This document shows positions 1-5,679 of a stretch of DNA of 6,174 nt, piece after piece. The DNA is from Candidatus Helarchaeota ASGARD archaeon Hel_GB_B. GTDB taxonomy: Archaea > Asgardarchaeota > Lokiarchaeia > Helarchaeales > HEL-GB-B. The stretch covers positions 1 to 6,174 of the forward strand of contig SUPR01000159.1 in assembly GCA_005191425.1 (NCBI GenBank). Reading direction: 5' to 3'. The notes below the pieces were generated by a model, which saw only the letters and a list, made by a program, of their open reading frames with translations, was not told where the DNA came from and searched no databases. The stretch's first letter is position 1. Each line of letters opens with the position of its first letter. The translations under genes were made by a program, and so were the position numbers.

Positions 1-296
1 ACTTCAACTTGTTTTTTCAATGTATCTACATTATCATCTCTATCCGCCGCAACAATATATAATATTCCTTTTCTTTCAACGTATACCCATCTAAATCCTG
101 CCATATCAATTGATTCAATTCCTCTTATTGAACTCTTATCTTTATTTCCATGTCTCGATAATTCAGCTTCACTAAAAGCATATAAACCTGTTAAAAAAGA
201 GCTTAAAAGATCTGGATTTGTTTTTAATGTGCTATACGAGCGGTGTACTAAACATACACCTCTTAATTTTTCCACAATCCAAATCTCTCTTATCAT
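1..296 (-). CDS. Longin-like (profilin/longin-fold) domain protein; C-terminus truncated by window edge
   Basis: Manually translated from ATG at 296, 98 codons open to the edge: MIREIWIVEKLRGVCLVHRSYSTLKTNPDLLSSFLTGLYAFSEAELSRHGNKDKSSIRGIESIDMAGFRWVYVERKGILYIVAADRDDNVDTLKKQVE. The pattern is a beta-hairpin (EIWIV / GVCLVHRSY), an amphipathic helix (PDLLSSFLTGLYAF), three strands (IESIDM / FRWVYVE / ILYIVAAD) and the start of a helix. This matches longin/sigma-adaptin/Mon1-type beta-beta-alpha-beta-beta-beta-alpha topology. ORF confidence is high; the fold call is by pattern recognition only. Confidence 0.75.
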   Translation of the reverse strand, partial: MIREIWIVEKLRGVCLVHRSYSTLKTNPDLLSSFLTGLYAFSEAELSRHGNKDKSSIRGIESIDMAGFRWVYVERKGILYIVAADRDDNVDTLKKQVE

Positions 297-385
297 TGTA
301 AACTATCTCAATAATTTTTAATTTTAATGAGTATTTTACTAATTTTAATCTTTTATATCATTAGGATTAATAATAAATTTTTTGT

Positions 386-409
386 ATTAATAATAGAGGT
401 ATTATTAAT
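386..409. repeat. 10-bp perfect inverted repeat ATTAATAATA-gagg-TATTATTAAT in the intergenic region
   Basis: The arms at 386-395 and 400-409 are exact reverse complements. They are A/T only, so the function is uncertain. Confidence 0.5.
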
Positions 410-543
410 TTATTTAAGAGTATAATATAGAGTATTTTTTAAAAAAATGTTAATAAAATTTATTTTATTTACAAAATAAGCCAATAATATTAAGATTTAT
501 TGAAATCTAAAATAATTTTCTAATTTAGAAATAATTTTTAAAT

Positions 544-1110
544 TTAAAATCTCTTTTCCATTTCTATTTTAAATTTTTCAATATAGTCTTTAAACAATTT
601 TCGCTTAATTTCCCAATAATTAAATATTTCTTCAATAAATAGACTTGGAATAAATTTTATTAATTCTTGTTTTAAAATTCGCATTTTTCTAATATATTGG
701 ATTAAATAGAAATTTAATTGTGCATATTGTCTTTTTAAAAATTTTTTTGCAATTTCTATTTCTTTAATATTTATCAAAATATTAATTATATTTATCGATT
801 TTTTAATTAATTCAAAAATTTCATATTGAATTACTTGGATTATTGATTTTATTGTTAGTTTTATATTATTAATTATATCATTTCTTGATTTTTCATTCAA
901 TAATTTAAGTCTGGTTTTAAATCTATTTTTATTCTCATTATCATTTAGCTCATCAGAAATAGTGATAGCTAATTCATATAGACTTTTTAAATAATTAGTT
1001 TTGTTATCAAATGGTATATTTAGATTTTCTACTAATTTATCCTTTGGGCGATTCTTTATAAAAATAATTAGATCTTCATCATAATGATTTTGTTGTTTTG
1101 ATTTTGGCAT
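544..1110 (-). CDS. Hypothetical all-alpha-helical protein, 188 aa
   Basis: A 567-bp open frame is very unlikely by chance in ~80% AT DNA. It is co-oriented with its neighbours, is rich in I/K/L/E/N with amphipathic periodicity, and has no Gly, Cys, transmembrane segment or recognisable motif. Confidence 0.75.
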   Translation of the reverse strand: MPKSKQQNHYDEDLIIFIKNRPKDKLVENLNIPFDNKTNYLKSLYELAITISDELNDNENKNRFKTRLKLLNEKSRNDIINNIKLTIKSIIQVIQYEIFELIKKSINIINILINIKEIEIAKKFLKRQYAQLNFYLIQYIRKMRILKQELIKFIPSLFIEEIFNYWEIKRKLFKDYIEKFKIEMEKRF

Positions 1111-1122
1111 ATATAAACACTA

Positions 1123-1137
1123 TGAATTTAAAATTCA
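1123..1137. repeat. Inverted repeat TGAATTT-a-AAATTCA, 12 nt upstream of the 188-aa ORF start
   Basis: Exact 7-bp arms with a 1-nt spacer. The position is compatible with an operator, but function is not shown. Confidence 0.4.
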
Positions 1138-1204
1138 ATACTCTTTGATAAATATATTATTAATTAATTTTTATAAATTTAAGGTTAAGAGAAATTTATT
1201 AATG

Positions 1205-1226
1205 TTTAAATTAAATTTAATTTAAA
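1205..1226. repeat. Perfect 22-bp A/T palindrome TTTAAATTAAATTTAATTTAAA just downstream of the AAA ATPase stop codon
   Basis: The sequence equals its own reverse complement and lies 3 nt beyond the stop at 1230-1232. It is A/T only. Confidence 0.5.
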
Positions 1227-1229
1227 ATT

Positions 1230-3854
1230 TTAAGCATAATATCCAATACTAGTTTTAGTTTTTTGTATATTATCAACTGATTTTTTGAACATATTTATCA
1301 TTTCGGGGGTTAAGGAGGGTTTTACAATTTTCATTGCTTTAATAAAATCCTCTTCAGTAATTCTGGTATTAATATCATTATTTAATTTTCTGGTAAAAGC
1401 GATATGGGCTGCTTCACGTGTTAATTTTTCTAAATCTGAGCCCGTGTAATAATTTGTTTTTTCAGCAATAATAGAAAAATTGAAATTTTCTTTAAGGGGC
1501 ATTTTTTTAGTTTTAATTTTTAAAATTTCAATTCTTTCTTGTTCATTAGGGGGTGGTACTATTATAATATACTGGATTTGATTACTAGCTTTAAGAACTT
1601 CTGGAATTCCTTCAAAATTAATTGTCTCACATATAAATAAAACTGGAGTTTCTTTCTTTATTTTTTCAATTTCATTTTGAATAAAAAGAGCGATTTCAAA
1701 TGATTCTATTGTTTCTGCACGTTCTAACAATATTATGGAGGGTGCTACACGTGCTGCATCTCTTATAAATTTTTTAAAATCACGTGGAGTATCTCCTCTA
1801 TATAAAAATACTTTTGATAATTCAAGTGCTGAATATCTGAAAAAATTTGCTTTTGTTTCGGTTGATAGAGCTTCAGCTAAAAGAGTTTTTCCAGTACCAG
1901 GTAAGCCATAAATAATTATACCTTTTTTAGGATTTATACCAAATTCAATTGATTCTTTATAATGAATTAATGGTTGAGCAACATGTTTTATTAAAAATTC
2001 TTTAACATCTTTTAATCCGCCTATATCATCCCAATAAACTGGGTTTATAATATGTTTTACAGGGGTTTTTCCAGTTCTAGAATATTTTTCAAAAGTTTCA
2101 TTAAATTCTTCAATATCTTCTGTTGATAGATCTGGATTAGTTAATTCAATAGTATTTAATAAATCATTCATACATATTTTTTCATATTTTCCTTTATTAA
2201 CAGCTTCAATAGCCTTATTTCTTTTAGTGGTATCACAGATATAAGCTATTTCTGCACCAGTATAATTTTCAGTTATTTTTGCCAGATAATCAAAATCAAC
2301 ATCATCAGCTAATTCAACATTTTTAAGATGTACTTTAAAGATTTCTTTACGTGCTTTAAAATCAGGGGGAGGAATTGCTATTCTTTCATCAAATCTACCT
2401 GGCCTTAAAAAAGCAGGATCTATATCTTCAATCCTATTTGTAGCTCCAATTACCAATACTCGATCTTCTGGAGTCAATTCAGAAAATTCAGACAAGAAAG
2501 TAGATAATATTGTTGTTAAATAAGGGTGATCAGTTGTTTTTGCTCTCTGAAATGCTAAACCATCTAATTCATCAAAAAATAAAATAGTTGGAGGATTTAA
2601 TTTAGCAGTCGTAAATAATTCTCTAATTTTCTGTTCACTTTCACCTAACCATTTTGATAATAAATCTGGTGCACTAGCATATATAAAATTGGATTGTGTA
2701 GTGTCCGCTAAAACTTTTGCGATATATGTTTTACCACATCCAGGAGGACCAAATAATAGAATGCCGGTGGGCGCATGAACTCCATACTTCTCATACATAT
2801 CTTTTGAGGTTAACATAGAAACAATATCTTGTAATTGCTTTTTAACAGAATCATATCCACCTACATCATCCCATGTTAAATTACGTTTAGAAATTTTTTT
2901 CTCGATTGCACCATATCTTATTGCAGTTATCTCATATTGCTGAATTAGTGATTTAGTTAAAGATGGAATTATTTCATCAAAAGCATCTAAAAAATATTTC
3001 ATTGAGAGTTTTTTATTACTTTCAAATAATTCTTCTGCCCATTTTAATTCAGCAGTTCTTACCAATTTATATAAATCTTGAACAGAATAATTAACTGTTT
3101 TTTTAGCCAATAGATCAATATCTACATCATCATCTATAGGTTTATCACTCAGTATCTTTTCCAGAATCTCTTTTCTATCTTTTTCATTGGGAGGGTGAAC
3201 ATATATAATATCAGAAATATATTCTTGTTTTAAAATTAAAGGAGAAACTAATTCAGGATTATCAGTTACCATTATCAAAATAATGGGTTTATCAGAATTT
3301 TTTATTTTATGAATTGCACTCATTAATGTTATTAATGGATCTTGCATTCTAAAAGTAGCTAGATATATCTGTTTGGATTCAATAGGCGGAGCAATTATAT
3401 CAACTTCATTAATCATTATAATTGTAGGATCATTACTTCCAATCTCATCGATTTTAGAATTTAATTCTTCAATTTGTCGTATAGATACAATTTCCAAATT
3501 TGCTTTACATTCATGAGCTAAAGCATGAATCAATTCAGTTTTCATACACCCATCAGGACCAAAAAGAATTAATACTTTTACAGGCTCTACTTTTATACCT
3601 TTTTTAGATAATAATAGTGGATTTTGTACTTTCTGGACTAATTCTTTTTTAATATCATATAATCCAATTATATCATTCCATTTTCCCTTTAAATGAGATT
3701 TTGATGGAATAAATATATGTTCACATTCACGCCAATTTGAACAACAATATTTATCAACATAATCACTTGTGAGGCCTTCATTACATGCTTCACATAAGTA
3801 AAATATTTCATTAACAACCTTCTTTTTCTTTAAATATTCACAAAAATTTTTCAT
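1230..3854 (-). CDS. Cdc48/VCP-like classical-clade AAA ATPase with three tandem AAA modules, a Cys-rich N-terminus and a C-terminal HbYX-like tail
   Basis: Each module opens with W(D/N)D(I/V)(G/I)G: KWNDIIGL aa58, TWDDVGGY aa327, YWDDIGGL aa607. Walker A motifs are GPDGCMKT (99-106), GPPGCGKT (369-376) and GLPGTGKT (650-657). The middle module has pore loop SKWLGESE, Walker B ILFFDE, sensor-1 ATNR and second region of homology FLRPGRFD. Each module has a helical lid (PPxxxxRxEI...A.kT.nY(s/t)gxd/e). The chain ends IGYYA. Confidence 0.92.
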   Translation of the reverse strand: MKNFCEYLKKKKVVNEIFYLCEACNEGLTSDYVDKYCCSNWRECEHIFIPSKSHLKGKWNDIIGLYDIKKELVQKVQNPLLLSKKGIKVEPVKVLILFGPDGCMKTELIHALAHECKANLEIVSIRQIEELNSKIDEIGSNDPTIIMINEVDIIAPPIESKQIYLATFRMQDPLITLMSAIHKIKNSDKPIILIMVTDNPELVSPLILKQEYISDIIYVHPPNEKDRKEILEKILSDKPIDDDVDIDLLAKKTVNYSVQDLYKLVRTAELKWAEELFESNKKLSMKYFLDAFDEIIPSLTKSLIQQYEITAIRYGAIEKKISKRNLTWDDVGGYDSVKKQLQDIVSMLTSKDMYEKYGVHAPTGILLFGPPGCGKTYIAKVLADTTQSNFIYASAPDLLSKWLGESEQKIRELFTTAKLNPPTILFFDELDGLAFQRAKTTDHPYLTTILSTFLSEFSELTPEDRVLVIGATNRIEDIDPAFLRPGRFDERIAIPPPDFKARKEIFKVHLKNVELADDVDFDYLAKITENYTGAEIAYICDTTKRNKAIEAVNKGKYEKICMNDLLNTIELTNPDLSTEDIEEFNETFEKYSRTGKTPVKHIINPVYWDDIGGLKDVKEFLIKHVAQPLIHYKESIEFGINPKKGIIIYGLPGTGKTLLAEALSTETKANFFRYSALELSKVFLYRGDTPRDFKKFIRDAARVAPSIILLERAETIESFEIALFIQNEIEKIKKETPVLFICETINFEGIPEVLKASNQIQYIIIVPPPNEQERIEILKIKTKKMPLKENFNFSIIAEKTNYYTGSDLEKLTREAAHIAFTRKLNNDINTRITEEDFIKAMKIVKPSLTPEMINMFKKSVDNIQKTKTSIGYYA
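1269..2042 (-). other. AAA module 3 (aa ~605-862): Walker A intact, hydrolysis motifs lost
   Basis: GLPGTGKT is intact. Walker B reads IILLER (DE>ER), sensor-1 reads CETIN, and the Arg-finger region LKASNQIQY has no Arg. Confidence 0.85.
2079..2879 (-). other. AAA module 2 (aa ~326-592), catalytically intact
   Basis: GPPGCGKT, KWLG pore loop, ILFFDELD, GATNR, and LRPGRFD with both arginines (R484, R487). Confidence 0.92.
2910..3683 (-). other. AAA module 1 (aa ~58-315), degenerate
   Basis: Walker A GPDGCMKT (G>M before K), Walker B IIMINE (D>N), sensor-1 VTDNP, no Arg fingers (LILKQEYISD). The pore-loop-1 segment is shortened or absent. Confidence 0.8.
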
Positions 3855-3901
3855 TTTTATAATCCAAATTCCTTTTTTAAAACTAAATAATAATTATATA
3901 A

Positions 3902-5587
3902 TTATTTTTCATTACATCTTTGTTGAAGCAAAAATTCAATTATTTTTTCACATTTCTTAATATCTTTTTCACTATTTAATAGTTTAAAATATTTTTTAGC
4001 TATTTCAGCAAATTTCAAACTGGCTTCTATTTCTTTATTTTCATAAAAGAATTGAACACAATCTAAAAAGAAAAATGTCAATTTTATTGATTTTTCTCTA
4101 TAATTTAAAAAATTAGAAAATTGCAATAGATACTTTTTTAAAATACTTACAATTTTTGTATTATCTTTATCTAAAGGTATAATTGAATTACAAATATAAA
4201 AAGTATTAATGATGGTCTCAGTGAATAAATTTAAGAAATTATTTTCAATCTCAAGATTATTCATCAAATTAAATAACTGATTGAATTTATTATCTATTGA
4301 ATAGAACTCTTTATGTATCAAATGTTCTTTAATTTTTCTAGTAAATATTTTAAAATAATCAAATGATTCAATTATCAAATAAATTAATTTATTTTTAATA
4401 TTTAATGATAATTCATATCCAGGGAAAACCTCTAAAGATTTCAAAAATAAATTAATTTTAAAGTTTCCTAAATATATTGGATTATTTAATAAAACTTCAT
4501 TAACTACATTTCTATTAATCCAATTATCTAAGTGATTAAATATTTTTTCTGCATTTGATGATATGAAATTTTGTCTCCAATTTTCTTTATAATCTATATC
4601 CTCTAATATCTCTTTTAACTCGTCTTCAAATGGATTTTTGATGTTATCAAGATATTTAGATACTTTTTCAGTTATTAACTTAGAATTTTCAATTAAATCT
4701 TCATTTTCATTGAGGTAATTTAATATGTCATGAATTAAATGTCTTCCTAATAAATCATATACATTAATATTAAATTCTTCAATAGTTTTACTATAATTCT
4801 CAAAATCATCGATTAATGCCATAGTAAAATATTTTTTAGCTTCCACTAAATCTCCCATTTTTAATAATAATCTTCCTGCATTATATTCAGCTTTAGCATA
4901 ATCATTTTTATATTCAATTGCTTTTTTAAAATATTCTAAAGCTTTCTTAAAATCACCTTTTTTTTCATAAATTAGTCCAATATTATATATTGGATAATTT
5001 CTATTTTCATAAGATTCAATACTTGCTGCTCTTTCATAAGCTTCCATTGCTTTATTCAATTCATTTAGATCAAAATATGCATTACCCATATTATTCCATG
5101 CGTCCCCATAATCTGGATAAATTTCTACAGCTTTTTTATAACATTCAATAGCTTTATGATTGTCATCTTTGTTTCTATAAATATTACCTAAATTATACCA
5201 GCTCCACCTATAATTTGGATCTAATATTACTGCTTGTTTATAATATTTCATGGCAGTTTCATCATCATCATCCTCTTGTGCTTCAATCCCTTTATCATTT
5301 AAAATATATGGAGTAACCCCCAATTCTCTTAATTTATCTTTAATCATATCAATTATTTCATAAAATTTGTCTGTTAAATCGTTTTCTAATAAATAGTTCC
5401 AAAAATCAGGTTTTTTGTCTTGAATTTCATTATATAGTTCAATTACTTCTATTACTTTTGAAACAGCATTATCAAAACCATAATTTTCGAATTCGTCCTT
5501 GTCCAAATTTGTAAATTCAATTGCTGCTTTATAAAGTTTTTTTAGGTCATCAGTTTTTAATTTTTCAATTATCTCATCGATTTTCAT
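3902..5587 (-). CDS. Tetratricopeptide repeat (TPR) protein, 561 aa: ~90-aa helical N-terminus, five TPRs, ~300-aa helical C-terminal region
   Basis: 34-aa repeats with TPR consensus (W/Y-x-N-L-G...A..Y..A...P) at aa 93-126, 127-160, 161-194, 197-230 and 231-264 (nt ~5311-4796). Example: RWSWYNLGNIYRNKDDNHKAIECYKKAVEIYPDY. Confidence 0.9.
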   Translation of the reverse strand: MKIDEIIEKLKTDDLKKLYKAAIEFTNLDKDEFENYGFDNAVSKVIEVIELYNEIQDKKPDFWNYLLENDLTDKFYEIIDMIKDKLRELGVTPYILNDKGIEAQEDDDDETAMKYYKQAVILDPNYRWSWYNLGNIYRNKDDNHKAIECYKKAVEIYPDYGDAWNNMGNAYFDLNELNKAMEAYERAASIESYENRNYPIYNIGLIYEKKGDFKKALEYFKKAIEYKNDYAKAEYNAGRLLLKMGDLVEAKKYFTMALIDDFENYSKTIEEFNINVYDLLGRHLIHDILNYLNENEDLIENSKLITEKVSKYLDNIKNPFEDELKEILEDIDYKENWRQNFISSNAEKIFNHLDNWINRNVVNEVLLNNPIYLGNFKINLFLKSLEVFPGYELSLNIKNKLIYLIIESFDYFKIFTRKIKEHLIHKEFYSIDNKFNQLFNLMNNLEIENNFLNLFTETIINTFYICNSIIPLDKDNTKIVSILKKYLLQFSNFLNYREKSIKLTFFFLDCVQFFYENKEIEASLKFAEIAKKYFKLLNSEKDIKKCEKIIEFLLQQRCNEK

Positions 5588-5679
5588 TGTTCTAAACCAT
5601 TTTTTAACTATAATTTTTTATATCCTAATTAATTTTATGATACTAGATTTCCGTTAAATTTAAATAGGTAGTGTATTTT
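5588..5679. promoter_or_regulatory. 92-bp divergent promoter region between two TPR genes; candidate archaeal TATA element at ~5614-5623
   Basis: The two starts are head to head at 5587 (-) and 5680 (+). TTTTTTATAT at 5614-5623 reads TATAAAAA on the minus strand, 27 nt before the minus-strand ATG, and TTTATA on the plus strand. The AT-rich background limits specificity. Confidence 0.45.
5666..5673 (+). promoter_or_regulatory. Possible Shine-Dalgarno-like site (AGGTAGTG) upstream of the plus-strand TPR gene
   Basis: The AGGT core is 10 nt before ATG 5680, in otherwise G-poor sequence. An in-frame GTG at 5671 is an alternative start. Confidence 0.4.

Noticed and set aside
493-531. Short inverted repeats AGATTT-attg-AAATCT and TTTCTAA-t-TTAGAAA after the 188-aa ORF, as possible terminators
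   Set aside because: The arms are 6-7 bp and mostly A/T, as expected by chance at this composition.
297-543. CRISPR array, origin or IS ends in the AT-rich spacer
   Set aside because: There are no regularly spaced 24-40-bp direct repeats, no ORB-like G-string boxes and no transposase or terminal inverted repeats.
2079-2879. Vps4/CdvC (ESCRT) identity, suggested by the SKWLGESE pore loop
   Set aside because: There is no MIT domain, and the second region of homology is LRPGRFD (Cdc48/PAN/FtsH type) rather than the RRRF of the Vps4 clade.
1269-3683. Pseudogene or decay interpretation of the degenerate AAA modules
   Set aside because: The frame is uninterrupted for 874 codons, and structural motifs (WDDIGG, lid helices, terminal helix, Walker A Lys-Thr) are retained in all modules. 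This is more consistent with maintained pseudo-ATPase domains.
1230-3854. Calling the ATPase canonical Cdc48/VAT (cdc48) or PAN
   Set aside because: It has no double-psi-barrel N-domain or coiled-coil/OB fold, and has three modules rather than two or one, so no gene symbol was assigned.
1230-3854. FtsH-type protease or NSF orthologue
   Set aside because: There is no transmembrane segment or HExxH motif (FtsH) and no NSF N-domain. The NSF/SNAP resemblance is only an analogy in domain logic.
5258-5272. (ATC)4 microsatellite
   Set aside because: It simply encodes the acidic EDDDDE loop in TPR1, is in frame and is too short to imply phase variation.
5592-5600. Upstream mini-ORF (ATG GTT TAG) before the minus-strand TPR gene
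   Set aside because: It is two codons long and out of frame, and is most likely chance or part of the ribosome-binding region.
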